Positions 1-9,570 of a stretch of 43,965 nt of DNA are shown in pieces. Location of the stretch: positions 1-43,965 of IMG/VR virus record IMGVR_UViG_3300017784_007369. One strand, written 5' to 3'. The notes beneath the pieces were generated by a model, which worked only from the letters and a program-made list of their open reading frames with translations, was not told the origin of the DNA and did not search any database. The position numbers and the translations under genes were made by a program. Numbering within the stretch: the stretch's first letter is position 1; the number at the start of each line of letters is the position of its first letter. Source of the stretch: a virus (taxonomy: Duplodnaviria > Caudoviricetes).

Positions 1-126
1 AGTTATGGAAGTGTTGATGAAATTGCACATACAACTGTGGGTGTCACAACTCATAATAATGGAGGTTTTAAAGTTGCAGAAGATGTAAAGCAAATTCTAA
101 AACTGATTGAATTGTCAAAATCCTAA
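1..126 (+). CDS. 3' end of hypothetical protein (truncated by window start)
   Basis: Frame 1 is open from base 1 (SYGSVDEIAHTTVGVTTHNNGGFKVAEDVKQILKLIELSKS) to TAA at 124-126. Confidence 0.6.
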   Translation, partial: SYGSVDEIAHTTVGVTTHNNGGFKVAEDVKQILKLIELSKS

Positions 127-137
127 TTGTATATTAA
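107..137 (+). promoter_or_regulatory. Putative Bacteroidota-type (host sigma) promoter TTG-N20-TATATTAA
   Basis: TTG 107-109 and TATATTAA 130-137 upstream of ORF 169; same spacing recurs at 588, 2339, 22207 and 34852. Confidence 0.5.
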
Positions 138-168
138 CGTACTAGATAATTAAAACAAACAAAAGGTT

Positions 169-384
169 ATGAACAAAGCAGCAGAGTTAAGAGAGGTAGT
201 AGGTAAGACAGTATCATGTAACTGGTCTCCTACCCTAAGAGCTAAACTAATAAAGATAAACAGGAAAGATTGTGTACTACAGGTAGAGCCTACTCAATTC
301 CCTATTATGTCTAATGTAGATGAGCATATAGGTAAAACCTTCAAAGTACCATTAGATTATGCCTGGAATGCATACTTCTACTAA
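169..384 (+). CDS. Hypothetical phage protein
   Basis: 71-aa ORF with A-rich leader (aaacaaaaggttATG), followed by a terminator. Confidence 0.7.
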   Translation: MNKAAELREVVGKTVSCNWSPTLRAKLIKINRKDCVLQVEPTQFPIMSNVDEHIGKTFKVPLDYAWNAYFY

Positions 385-391
385 AACACAT

Positions 392-418
392 AGAGACTCT
401 AAGGAGTCTTTTTTTTTG
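392..418 (+). terminator. Rho-independent terminator
   Basis: AGACTC-taag-GAGTCT stem-loop (394-409) followed by a T run, directly after ORF 169-384. Confidence 0.8.
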
Positions 419-587
419 TAAAAAAGTTCCGAGGTCGGCCGAGTAAGGACTGCCGGCAGTGTGACACCGGTATTCCACCAACGTAGTATCATCCCATAGG
501 CAGGTCGATAGAGATCGAGGCTCCTTAATCGCTGCTTGACTCGAATCAAAAATTCTCAACCTACCTGCATATATATTCATATATTAG

Positions 588-618
588 TTGCTTTACTGCT
601 ATATTAATCGTATATTTA
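588..618 (+). promoter_or_regulatory. Putative Bacteroidota-type promoter TTG-N20-TATATTTA
   Basis: TTG 588-590 and TATATTTA 611-618; resembles the Bacteroidetes -33 TTG / -7 TAnnTTTG consensus. Confidence 0.55.
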
Positions 619-639
619 AGTATTAAACAAATAAAGGCT

Positions 640-927
640 ATGAGTTATTACAAGAAAAAACAAGAAGAAGCTATAAATCTTCGCAAGTTTACTAAAGAGT
701 TCACTCACTCAGACGGAACTAAATCTATATGGAAATATAATCTAGACAAGTACCCTAATGGCCCTTACGAGGTTGAGCAGATTTATCCTAAAGATTATCA
801 GACTGTTGAGCAGAAAATCAAAAAAGAAAACAAAAAGGTATCGAAATACGATCAAAAGTTTATCAATCCAGCTAACGGAAGACTAATTTCGTATTATAGA
901 GCTAAAACATTAGGTTTAACTAAATAA
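640..927 (+). CDS. Hypothetical phage protein (basic)
   Basis: 95-aa ORF downstream of a promoter-like site. Confidence 0.7.
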   Translation: MSYYKKKQEEAINLRKFTKEFTHSDGTKSIWKYNLDKYPNGPYEVEQIYPKDYQTVEQKIKKENKKVSKYDQKFINPANGRLISYYRAKTLGLTK

Positions 928-936
928 ATTTCAATC

Positions 937-1314
937 ATGTTAATATACGCAGCAATATATTGGTCGATAATCCTTCTTATAGGAATTTTTTACTTCGTAA
1001 AATCGCTTAAAGGAATATATGAATATATATTAAAGTTATGTAGAAAATACATAATTACGCGAATCCTTATCGCTCTCCCGTTAAGATTGATAGTCAGTCT
1101 TATAGGATCTTTCGGAGTAGGTATAATAATTTTTATCCACGGAATATTTTTTGCATGTATTTTTGCATTTATATATTCTATTATGGGAGGTCATTCAAAA
1201 ATTGTTATCGAATGGGTCGGATATATGTGTATAAGCTTACTTTTTATCCCGGTAATATTTATGCTTGTTAGGACTATCCTAGATGAATTACTTAATTTCA
1301 AACAGACTAATTGA
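937..1314 (+). CDS. Hypothetical membrane protein
   Basis: 125 aa with 3-4 hydrophobic stretches. Confidence 0.6.
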   Translation: MLIYAAIYWSIILLIGIFYFVKSLKGIYEYILKLCRKYIITRILIALPLRLIVSLIGSFGVGIIIFIHGIFFACIFAFIYSIMGGHSKIVIEWVGYMCISLLFIPVIFMLVRTILDELLNFKQTN

Positions 1315-1388
1315 AGTAAAAACCAAGATTCCTAGATTTCCCGAGAGGGAGGTTCTATCCATAAAATCAAAATATATATTTATATCAG

Positions 1389-1874
1389 ATGAAAAGAATT
1401 ACAATTCAGCAATCCCAGTTTTATATACCCTTACAAACGCATAATATAAAACCATGGACTAAGGTTTGTGCATTTACTCTTATACCAATAGAGGATGGAT
1501 GGGAAAGAGTTCATTATTACGGAGAATCCGTACTAGATGAAAAAGGCAATATCCGTCCTACTGAATGGATATATATACTGGTAAATAAACTAATGCCTGG
1601 AGTATTAAAGATAGGCCGTACCTCTACCTCTGTTTCTCAAAGAGTAAAGGAGATTAATTCTGCTACCGGTGTGATAGAGAAATGGCAATGTGTATATAGA
1701 TTTAAATGTGTAAACTCTCATTACCTAGAGCAGGAAATTCATAGCTATCTCCAAGAAAGAAGTCTTAGGATTAATCCTCACAGAGAAGGATTCGAACTTG
1801 ACGTACAGCAGGCTATAGATATTATAATCGATCTAGGTGAAAAGTATCAAATCCCTTTCTCTCCCGAAGGGTAA
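1389..1874 (+). CDS. T5orf172 / GIY-YIG-superfamily domain protein
   Basis: WIYILVN..MPGVLKIGRT..SVSQRVKEINSATGV...LEQEIH..L...R...REGF pattern typical of T5orf172. Confidence 0.8.
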   Translation: MKRITIQQSQFYIPLQTHNIKPWTKVCAFTLIPIEDGWERVHYYGESVLDEKGNIRPTEWIYILVNKLMPGVLKIGRTSTSVSQRVKEINSATGVIEKWQCVYRFKCVNSHYLEQEIHSYLQERSLRINPHREGFELDVQQAIDIIIDLGEKYQIPFSPEG

Positions 1875-2053
1875 TTTCTATATAGCATACTGCATCGTAT
1901 GTAATATTATCTATTCATATCGCTATTGATTTTAAGTCTCTGAAAGGATTTCGCTATCGTACTCGAATATATTCTAGTAAAGAAGGTTTATAATTCCCTA
2001 GGGAAAGGTTGTTTTATCGATTCTTTATATTTATATTATATCAATATATATCT

Positions 2054-2320
2054 ATGAGTAGTCTGCTAAATTCTAAAATCACCTCCTCGGAGCTGCTTCA
2101 AGAACTATCTTATGAAGAGAGAATAATTTACGCTGGAGTTATTCATAGTCTATTAATAGAAAATTTTAAGGATTTAAATTACTTAAATCAAATGCCTTTA
2201 GAATATATTAAAGATATTAACGAAGGATTAGAGGAAATAATTGATATTTTTATTGAACTAGAACTAGTTGATTACCTAGAAGATATACTTGAGATAAGAG
2301 AAGGTATAAAAAAATATTAA
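2054..2320 (+). CDS. Hypothetical acidic protein (start moved to ATG 2054)
   Basis: The ORF track starts at TTG 2009, but 2009-2039 looks like a promoter (TTG-N20-TATATTAT); ATG 2054 gives MSSLLNSK... Confidence 0.6.
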   Translation: MSSLLNSKITSSELLQELSYEERIIYAGVIHSLLIENFKDLNYLNQMPLEYIKDINEGLEEIIDIFIELELVDYLEDILEIREGIKKY

Positions 2321-2415
2321 AAAAATAATAGGTACTAGTTGCCTTTCTGCTAAAAAAACATTAACTTTTTGTTCATTACATATCAAACATAGCAATTTTT
2401 TAAAAAAACATAGCA

Positions 2416-2709
2416 ATGATTACATTATTTTCTTTAAAAGAATGCAGTAGGTGTAATAAATTAATAGAGTTATTAAATAGTGATAATATAGAATTTAAAG
2501 TAATATATGATGATGAACATGAAAGTTTATTTGATAGTATAGAAGAGATAGTAGAATCTACGGAATACCCTATAGTAAAAATAGAATATACCGATAACCC
2601 GGTTAGATTTTTATATATAGTAAGTAAAGGTAGTGATTCAAAGGAATTATATATTATTAAGTATAGGGATATAGACCAAGCATTTAAACTAATAAAACAA
2701 AATACATGA
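2416..2709 (+). CDS. Glutaredoxin/thioredoxin-like protein
   Basis: ITLFSLKECSRC (CxxC) near the N-terminus and a later YP-I-V cis-Pro-type motif. Confidence 0.6.
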   Translation: MITLFSLKECSRCNKLIELLNSDNIEFKVIYDDEHESLFDSIEEIVESTEYPIVKIEYTDNPVRFLYIVSKGSDSKELYIIKYRDIDQAFKLIKQNT

Positions 2710-2888
2710 AGCACAAACAATTAATGCTCACTAAGCTAGAAAAAATAGATAGTGAATTAACTAATCTTTCCTCTTTATTAAATTATACTAAAAGTATTAG
2801 AGATGTTAAGGATAGGATATTCGAAATTAAAGAAAGAATATCTGATGCTAGAACCATCATTAATAATGAAAATGAATCTATGAATTAA
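2706..2888 (+). CDS. Hypothetical coiled-coil protein
   Basis: 60-aa ORF overlapping the upstream stop (ATGA). Confidence 0.6.
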   Translation: MKHKQLMLTKLEKIDSELTNLSSLLNYTKSIRDVKDRIFEIKERISDARTIINNENESMN

Positions 2889-2909
2889 TATTTTTTTAAA
2901 ATTAAGATT

Positions 2910-3695
2910 ATGAAACTATCAGCAGAACAAATTCAGGAGAATTATGAAGTATTCAAAAAGAATATTATCGATCATATTGCTTCACCTAGAAAAGAACAGT
3001 TATTAAAATATTATCAATCTATAGAAGATATACTACTATTAGCTCCTGCATCATCTAAAGAAGGATATCACAACGCCTTCCCGGGAGGATATGTTGATCA
3101 TGTAAATAGAGTAGTGGAGGCTAGTTTATATTGCTGGGAGACTTGGAATCATTTTAGAGAAGTAGATTCTTTTACTAAAGAAGAGTTAGTATTTTCTGCC
3201 ATTAATCACGATCTAGGTAAGCTAGGAGAAGGAAATACGCCGGGATATATACCTAATGAAAGTGAGTGGCATGTAAAAAATCAAGGAGCAATATATAAAA
3301 ATAATACTAAATTATCATTTATGCTAATCCCTGACAGATCTATCTTTAATTTAGTTAGAGTAGGAATGAATATATCTGAGAATGAGTTTCTAGCAATTAA
3401 ATTACACGACGGGTTATATGAAGATGCTAATAAGCCCTACTTAATATCATTCAATCCAGAATCTAGGCTAAGAACATCACTACCGCTTATACTACATCAG
3501 GCTGATATGATAGCATCTAGAGTAGAATGGGAAAATCACTGGATTCCTAAACTAAATAATCCTTCAGATAGTAATGCATCTCAGAAAAAAAATACATTTA
3601 AATCATATAACAATCAAAAAAATCCTTCAGCAGAGGCATATATGCAACTAGCAGGAAAGAATAATTCATTAATGGACGCCTTTAAAAATATATAA
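2910..3695 (+). CDS. HD-domain phosphohydrolase
   Basis: APAS...HNAFPGGYVDH...HDLGK...LHDG...LHQAD motifs. Confidence 0.85.
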   Translation: MKLSAEQIQENYEVFKKNIIDHIASPRKEQLLKYYQSIEDILLLAPASSKEGYHNAFPGGYVDHVNRVVEASLYCWETWNHFREVDSFTKEELVFSAINHDLGKLGEGNTPGYIPNESEWHVKNQGAIYKNNTKLSFMLIPDRSIFNLVRVGMNISENEFLAIKLHDGLYEDANKPYLISFNPESRLRTSLPLILHQADMIASRVEWENHWIPKLNNPSDSNASQKKNTFKSYNNQKNPSAEAYMQLAGKNNSLMDAFKNI

Positions 3696-3696
3696 T

Positions 3697-3978
3697 ATGG
3701 ATTCGATAATAATAAACATTATGTTATGGGTACTTACCATTATAGGATATGTAATATATAACCTATATAGTAAGAATATAAAATTAGAACGAATGGTTCT
3801 AGAACGTGAAGAAACATTACAGTTACTAAGCAATATTATAAATGAATCAGATAAGATATTGATAGATCTAGATACAATTGGTGCGTTTAAAAGTGATGAT
3901 GAAATAGGATATTTCTTTAAAACAGTAAAGGCTATTCAGTCTACTCTTAATGAATTTGCTGCAAAAGATAAATCATGA
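3697..3978 (+). CDS. Hypothetical protein with N-terminal TM helix and coiled coil
   Basis: Hydrophobic residues 4-23 followed by a heptad-like segment. Confidence 0.6.
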   Translation: MDSIIINIMLWVLTIIGYVIYNLYSKNIKLERMVLEREETLQLLSNIINESDKILIDLDTIGAFKSDDEIGYFFKTVKAIQSTLNEFAAKDKS

Positions 3979-4739
3979 TAGAGAATTTACAGGAAACTGA
4001 TATATTACTTACACAAAAAGGTACACTTAGAAAAAGAAAGCCAAAGCAGTCGATACAGTACTTCACTCAAGAAACAGAAGATGCTATAATAGAGTATCTA
4101 TTAACTGACAATAAATCAGAGAGAAATAAAATATTTAATGAAAAGATAAATTATGCTTTTCATAAATTAGCAGAAAATATAATACATACATTTAAGTTCT
4201 ACTATACAGAGGTAAATACTATAAATGAACTAAAACATGAAGTAGTATGTGTTTTATTAGAAAAACTATCTAAATATAAACAAGGAAAAGGTAAAGCTTA
4301 TTCTTATTTTGGAACAATCGCTAAAAGATATCTTATAGTATATAACACTAATAACTATAAGAAAATGAAAGGCAAAGCTACTTTATTAGAAGTAGATGAA
4401 GATAAAAATATTACTGAAGGACTTATTCGAGAACATAATATTAATATATATTCTGAAGAGCCTCAATTAATTAATTATTATATTAGATACATTGATGATA
4501 ATTTATTTAAATTGTTTCCTAAAAATAAAGAAGCTAAGGTAGCTGATGCTATAATGGAACTCTTTAGAAAAAGGGAGAATATAGATATTCTTTCTAAAAA
4601 AGCTATATACATTTATATAAGAGAAATCACAGACTCGCCTACTCCTGTTATCACTAAAGTAATAAAAACATTAAAAGATATATATATTAAAGCCAATAAC
4701 CAATATCAAGATCATGGATATATATCGGAAAATATATAA
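3975..4739 (+). CDS. Phage sigma factor, T4 gp55-like late transcription factor (putative)
   Basis: QYFT...KLAENII...KY...KGKAYSYFGTIAKRYLI resembles the sigma region-2 signature of gp55-like proteins. Confidence 0.6.
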   Translation: MIENLQETDILLTQKGTLRKRKPKQSIQYFTQETEDAIIEYLLTDNKSERNKIFNEKINYAFHKLAENIIHTFKFYYTEVNTINELKHEVVCVLLEKLSKYKQGKGKAYSYFGTIAKRYLIVYNTNNYKKMKGKATLLEVDEDKNITEGLIREHNINIYSEEPQLINYYIRYIDDNLFKLFPKNKEAKVADAIMELFRKRENIDILSKKAIYIYIREITDSPTPVITKVIKTLKDIYIKANNQYQDHGYISENI

Positions 4740-4745
4740 TGTATA

Positions 4746-4754
4746 ATATTTATT
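4746..4754 (+). promoter_or_regulatory. Putative late promoter ATATTTATW
   Basis: Motif recurs just upstream of many structural and head genes. Confidence 0.55.
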
Positions 4755-4763
4755 TTAAAAGAT

Positions 4764-5108
4764 ATGGATTTTAATAATGTAATATTCGGTAGTAAAACAT
4801 TTTCATCATTGCTAGAAGATATATACAAGAATAGTAGGAATAAAGAAAAACAGATACACGAAATGATCGTTCAATTAAAAGGAATGATTAATAATCCAGG
4901 TGAAGCAGTATTAATGGTTCCTTTATTACAAGGGTATATAGAATCAGGAATTAAAAATGATGAAGCTTTAATAAAAATGGCAGGTATAGTTCAAAAAGCC
5001 ATGAGCACTAACACTTCATCAGAAGGAGGAGATTTTCTTACTGATAAGGATAAAGAGCTGTTATTCGAGGAAATAAGAAAGATTGAACCTTTAAAACAGC
5101 TTAATTAG
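4764..5108 (+). CDS. Hypothetical protein (helical)
   Basis: 114-aa ORF after late-type motif, leading the baseplate operon. Confidence 0.6.
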   Translation: MDFNNVIFGSKTFSSLLEDIYKNSRNKEKQIHEMIVQLKGMINNPGEAVLMVPLLQGYIESGIKNDEALIKMAGIVQKAMSTNTSSEGGDFLTDKDKELLFEEIRKIEPLKQLN

Positions 5109-5112
5109 TATA

Positions 5113-6069
5113 ATGAGTTTTGATAGTTCATTATATGGATTAAGCAACGTTAAAGTTGAATCATCATCTTTAATTATAGCTAGAGTAAAGCAAATTATTC
5201 TAGACAGGATTGATATAAACGATCCTCTATATAGAGATTTTGCTGAATTAGGGGAATGGGGAGCAGTAGGATATATAACATTCAGTATATTATATTCAGA
5301 TAGAAGCTCTAATAATGCAAACTACTCTAATTTAATAGCTAAGCCCTTCTTTTCTAATCTAAAACAATATCCACTAGTAGGTGAGGTAGTTCAAATAATA
5401 TCAGGACCGTCGTATAAATTAAACGATTCAAAAAGCAGACAAGATTTTTATTATTACCCACCGTTTAATACCTGGAACTCGTCACATCACAATGCATTTC
5501 CTGATTTAAAAGAATATTCTGATTTTGTTATAGATAATAAAGTGGCATATAATAATGTCGGACAAGGAAATACTCAAGGAAATAATAGCGGATATGAAGA
5601 TTTTCCTTTAGGTAAAACATTTAAAGAAAGAAGTAATATTAAAGATTTATTACCTTTTGAAGGAGATATTATAATAGAAGGAAGATGGGGTCAATCTATT
5701 AGATTCGGAAGTACTGTTACCGGTAAAGGTAATGTTAATTCATGGAGCAAGAACGGAACAGATGGAGACCCTATAACTATAATAAGAAATAATCAAGGGA
5801 TACAGTCTATACAAGAAGGATATATACCAACAGTTGAAAATATAAACATAGATGGGTCATCTATATATCTAACATATAATCAAGTAATTAATATTCAAGA
5901 CATATCAAAATACCCTCTCGATACATTCGGTGTTAAATTACAATTAACTCCTGACGAAGTAATACCCCTGCAGACTAATCCATCAATATATAGCAGTACA
6001 TCACCCTTCAATCAAGACATATCAGAACTAGAACAGGCTCAGAATTCATCAAAAATAAATAAATCATAA
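5113..6069 (+). CDS. Putative baseplate hub/spike N-terminal protein (gp5/Vgr OB-fold-like)
   Basis: AKP...YPLVGEVV and EGDIIIEGRWGQSIRFGS motifs; position upstream of gp25/gp6-like genes. Confidence 0.5.
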   Translation: MSFDSSLYGLSNVKVESSSLIIARVKQIILDRIDINDPLYRDFAELGEWGAVGYITFSILYSDRSSNNANYSNLIAKPFFSNLKQYPLVGEVVQIISGPSYKLNDSKSRQDFYYYPPFNTWNSSHHNAFPDLKEYSDFVIDNKVAYNNVGQGNTQGNNSGYEDFPLGKTFKERSNIKDLLPFEGDIIIEGRWGQSIRFGSTVTGKGNVNSWSKNGTDGDPITIIRNNQGIQSIQEGYIPTVENINIDGSSIYLTYNQVINIQDISKYPLDTFGVKLQLTPDEVIPLQTNPSIYSSTSPFNQDISELEQAQNSSKINKS

Positions 6070-6512
6070 TGGCAATTAAAGAATATACTCCAGTATTTCC
6101 ATATAAAGGCAATCAAGCAATTATATCATCTGGAAGAATATTATTTCATGCTAAGGAAGATTCTGTATTAATATTCGGCAAAAAAGCAGTCGGTATATCA
6201 AGTATAGGTCCTGTTAATATAGATACATACCAAGGAGTATCTATAAGTTCTCCTAAGATAGAATTAGGACTAAAAGCTAAAGATGAAGGTGAAAATCTAA
6301 TGCTAGGCATAACTACCAATCAAATGCTAGTAGAATTACTTGATGAATTAGAAAGATTAGGGTATTCATTAAAATTACTATCAATGACAGGACTACCAGG
6401 AGCGAGTATTGCTATATCAGCAGCAGGAGTATCATTAATTAGCAAGTCTAATATAATTAAAGGCAATTTAAAAGATAGTTCAAATCTATCGAAAATATCA
6501 TATACTATATAA
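6069..6512 (+). CDS. Putative baseplate spike/gp5 C-terminal-like protein
   Basis: Beta-rich segment (ISSGRILFHAKEDSVLIFGKKAVGISS...SPKIELG); TAATG coupling to the upstream gene. Confidence 0.45.
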   Translation: MAIKEYTPVFPYKGNQAIISSGRILFHAKEDSVLIFGKKAVGISSIGPVNIDTYQGVSISSPKIELGLKAKDEGENLMLGITTNQMLVELLDELERLGYSLKLLSMTGLPGASIAISAAGVSLISKSNIIKGNLKDSSNLSKISYTI

Positions 6513-8668
6513 TGTCAATAAATCCTGTTAGAAATATTAGCTCACTAGAATCGAAATCTTTAACAAAGAAGATTCAATCAATACCTTCTACTCCTTTTAT
6601 TTTTAGGAGTGTAAAAGCTACCGGTTCTGAAGCAGGTATTATAAAACTATCTCAAGATATTAGTATAATTCAATCTAAAATAAATTTAATATATTACGGC
6701 GATAAAACTAATCCTAACAAAGGAATAAAATTTCCTTTTAAGAAAGAGAAAATAAACGGAATATTACCATTATTAAACGAGATCAATAAAATAGATTTTT
6801 GTAACCTAGTTGCATATGTACTAAATAATCTACAACTAGAGAACAATAAAGGGCCTTTAAATACAGTAGGAACAGTTAAACTCAAGGCCAAGGAATTACT
6901 ATCAACTATAGATGAAATAATACTAGGATCAGTAAATTATAATAGTAATGCAATATCAATTAATGATATTGTTATTATGACGCAAGATATTACATTTTCT
7001 AATAATGTTGATATTAAAGGAAATGTAATAACATTTAACGTTAATGATAAAATAACAATAGAGGATAATAACGTACTAAATATTTTAAGAAATAATCCTC
7101 AATCGTATACAAAAACTAATAATAAAATTAAACAGGTATTAATTAAGGTTAGAAATCAGGTACAACAATTATCTAGCTTAACTGAGGATCCTGATGTTAT
7201 TTCATTAGTACCTCAATTAACTCAAAGTAATAATTTTATAAAAGATTTTAATAGAAAACTAGATAAAAATATTTCTGCAGAATCTATACCTAATAGTGAA
7301 GTTAGGATTATCCTTAATCAAATTAAACAATTAAGAACGATACTATCATTAATATCAGGAATAAACAGCTACAGAGATGCACTAGGATTAGTTCAAACCG
7401 TAACAAATCTTAATATCGGAGAACAAGAACAAAGAATTCAAAAATATTTAAGTATTGATAAATTATTACCCATAATAAGGACACTACTGAATAGTGTTAA
7501 TACAATCAATCAAATGGGCTTAAAGATTCTTAAATTTGTAAAACTTATATTAATATACATAAAAATACAGACAGTAATATTAAAAGTATTAAAAAAAGTA
7601 GTAAAAATCTTTAATAAATTACCATTACCCTTAGCTTTCCTTATGTTCGGCGTAACCTCTACTATTCAAGGAGGTAAAGACGCTATCTTGAAACAGATAG
7701 ATGAAAGATTAAAAAGACTATCACAGTTAAATACAACAGTCGAATTAATATATCTTACAGTACAAAACATAACAGTCAAAATACAGTATATTAATAAACA
7801 GTTACAAATCCTTCAAAACAATATACAAATATGTAATCAAACAGACGCCTCACCAATAATCAACGAATTAGATAATACCAGAAAAAGACTAATTAATACA
7901 TTAGAAGATCTAGACAAATTTAGTTCAAAATATACTCAAGCAAGTCAACTAAATGAAAATATATTTGGAGGGTTTATATTACGTATACAAGAAGAAGAGT
8001 TAGTAGATGGAGGAATAAAATATAAAAGAAGAAGAGGGATTGCAATAGATTCTAACGGAATATTAGTAGAACAAACCGACCTTACCTTCGCTACAGATAG
8101 TTCTATAATAATTGAAGAGCTAAAATTAAAATTACAGAACAAAGGCCTAATTCAAGGAATAGGAGATACAGGGTCACAATATCCTGATCTAGATATCTTA
8201 GTTAATGAAATATTAATAGATTCAGACATTCCTGACTCAGATCAAGATAATTTATCTGATGAGGAATCAACATCAGAATATATTGCTATTCAATCTGAAT
8301 TAAACACTATGATCAATGGAATCAAAGGTGCATCTAAGCTTAAGAAAAGAGTTAAAAAAGATATAGAAAGCACTATATCAGATACAAAACTAAATATACA
8401 AAATCAAAACAATATACCAGCCGCAAACGGATCAATTAATAGTATTTTATCAAATAATATACAAATAATTAATACAGGTGTCGAATCAACAACTGCTAAT
8501 GCAGATATATTATCTGATCAAGAAAAGATTAAGCTTGAACAGGATTTGGTAAAGTTAAAGCAATTAATATTAACCGCAGGTCCTCTATCAATAGATAACA
8601 TTAATATTAAAATTAAGTTAATTCAAGATAAATTAGAAAAGGATAAAATAGCTAGGGGAAATATATAG
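6512..8668 (+). CDS. Large helical hypothetical protein in baseplate cluster
   Basis: 718 aa, coiled-coil rich, with a central hydrophobic segment (LPLPLAFLMFGV). Confidence 0.6.
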   Translation: MSINPVRNISSLESKSLTKKIQSIPSTPFIFRSVKATGSEAGIIKLSQDISIIQSKINLIYYGDKTNPNKGIKFPFKKEKINGILPLLNEINKIDFCNLVAYVLNNLQLENNKGPLNTVGTVKLKAKELLSTIDEIILGSVNYNSNAISINDIVIMTQDITFSNNVDIKGNVITFNVNDKITIEDNNVLNILRNNPQSYTKTNNKIKQVLIKVRNQVQQLSSLTEDPDVISLVPQLTQSNNFIKDFNRKLDKNISAESIPNSEVRIILNQIKQLRTILSLISGINSYRDALGLVQTVTNLNIGEQEQRIQKYLSIDKLLPIIRTLLNSVNTINQMGLKILKFVKLILIYIKIQTVILKVLKKVVKIFNKLPLPLAFLMFGVTSTIQGGKDAILKQIDERLKRLSQLNTTVELIYLTVQNITVKIQYINKQLQILQNNIQICNQTDASPIINELDNTRKRLINTLEDLDKFSSKYTQASQLNENIFGGFILRIQEEELVDGGIKYKRRRGIAIDSNGILVEQTDLTFATDSSIIIEELKLKLQNKGLIQGIGDTGSQYPDLDILVNEILIDSDIPDSDQDNLSDEESTSEYIAIQSELNTMINGIKGASKLKKRVKKDIESTISDTKLNIQNQNNIPAANGSINSILSNNIQIINTGVESTTANADILSDQEKIKLEQDLVKLKQLILTAGPLSIDNINIKIKLIQDKLEKDKIARGNI

Positions 8669-8700
8669 TATTATATTATTAACAAAATTTCATAATTAAA

Positions 8701-8709
8701 ATATTTATA
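8701..8709 (+). promoter_or_regulatory. Putative late promoter ATATTTATA
   Basis: Motif ends 4 nt upstream of ATG 8714. Confidence 0.55.
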
Positions 8710-8713
8710 ATAT

Positions 8714-9157
8714 ATGAGTAAATTAGAAGTTCTAAGAAAAATAATTAGAGAAGAAGTTCGAGGAGTTATCAGAGAGGAATTATCACATCTGTTAAAAGAA
8801 ACAGTAAGTAAACCTCCTGTAATTAAAAATAAAAATGCACCTATATCATTAAAAGAGCAATTATCTACAGGCATTAGTTCAAAAATAAATAAATTATCAG
8901 ATCCTATAATGGATTTATTGAATGAAACCAAAATGAACATGACCGGTGAAGATTATAGAACTATTATAAATGCAGATGCAAACATGGCACAAGGATTTGG
9001 ACAATATTCTATGAGTACTAATACTGCTGTAGTAGAGAGTGTAGATCAAATGCTTGCAAACTCAAGACCAGCATCAGATGTATCACATGTACAAATTGAT
9101 TCAGTTCCAGACTTTAGTGCATTAATGAAAACAATGAAAAATAAAGGACAAATATAA
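8714..9157 (+). CDS. Hypothetical virion-associated protein
   Basis: N-terminal LRKIIREEV..VIREE leader, similar to the leader of ORF 33395. Confidence 0.6.
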   Translation: MSKLEVLRKIIREEVRGVIREELSHLLKETVSKPPVIKNKNAPISLKEQLSTGISSKINKLSDPIMDLLNETKMNMTGEDYRTIINADANMAQGFGQYSMSTNTAVVESVDQMLANSRPASDVSHVQIDSVPDFSALMKTMKNKGQI

Positions 9158-9570
9158 TGGCTTATCAAGTTAGAAACATCAATCCATTAGACTTAAAAAA
9201 GAGTACTGGAATTGGTGTATCTATACCTTTTAGTTCTAAATCTGTTTTCACAACGGTATACACTACTCAAGAACAGTTAAAATATAATATTATTAATTAT
9301 TTATTAACAGGAAGAAGAGAGAGGGTATTTAATCCTAATTTCGGAGCAGGTTTAAGAGATCTATTATTTGAAAACATTACACCAGAGAATATACAAAATA
9401 TAGAATTAAGTATCAAGAGTGGGTTAGAGATAAATTTTTCAAACATTACAATTATAGAGCTTTTTATTAAACCAGAGCCCGATAATAATACAATCGTGGT
9501 TAAATTTAGTTATATTATTAATAATACAGGAATAGAAGATGAAATTAATATAAACTTCCAAAATGGATAA
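9157..9570 (+). CDS. Baseplate wedge subunit, gp25-like
   Basis: QLKYNIINYLLTGRRERVFNPNFGAGLRDLLFE is the GPW/gp25 signature. Confidence 0.85.
   Translation: MAYQVRNINPLDLKKSTGIGVSIPFSSKSVFTTVYTTQEQLKYNIINYLLTGRRERVFNPNFGAGLRDLLFENITPENIQNIELSIKSGLEINFSNITIIELFIKPEPDNNTIVVKFSYIINNTGIEDEININFQNG

Noticed and set aside
421-545. tRNA gene in the GC-rich island
   Set aside because: No convincing cloverleaf, T-loop or acceptor stem could be built by eye on either strand
2385-2417. 12-bp direct repeat AAACATAGCAAT (2385-2396 and 2406-2417)
   Set aside because: Short local duplication in AT-rich sequence with no associated mobile element
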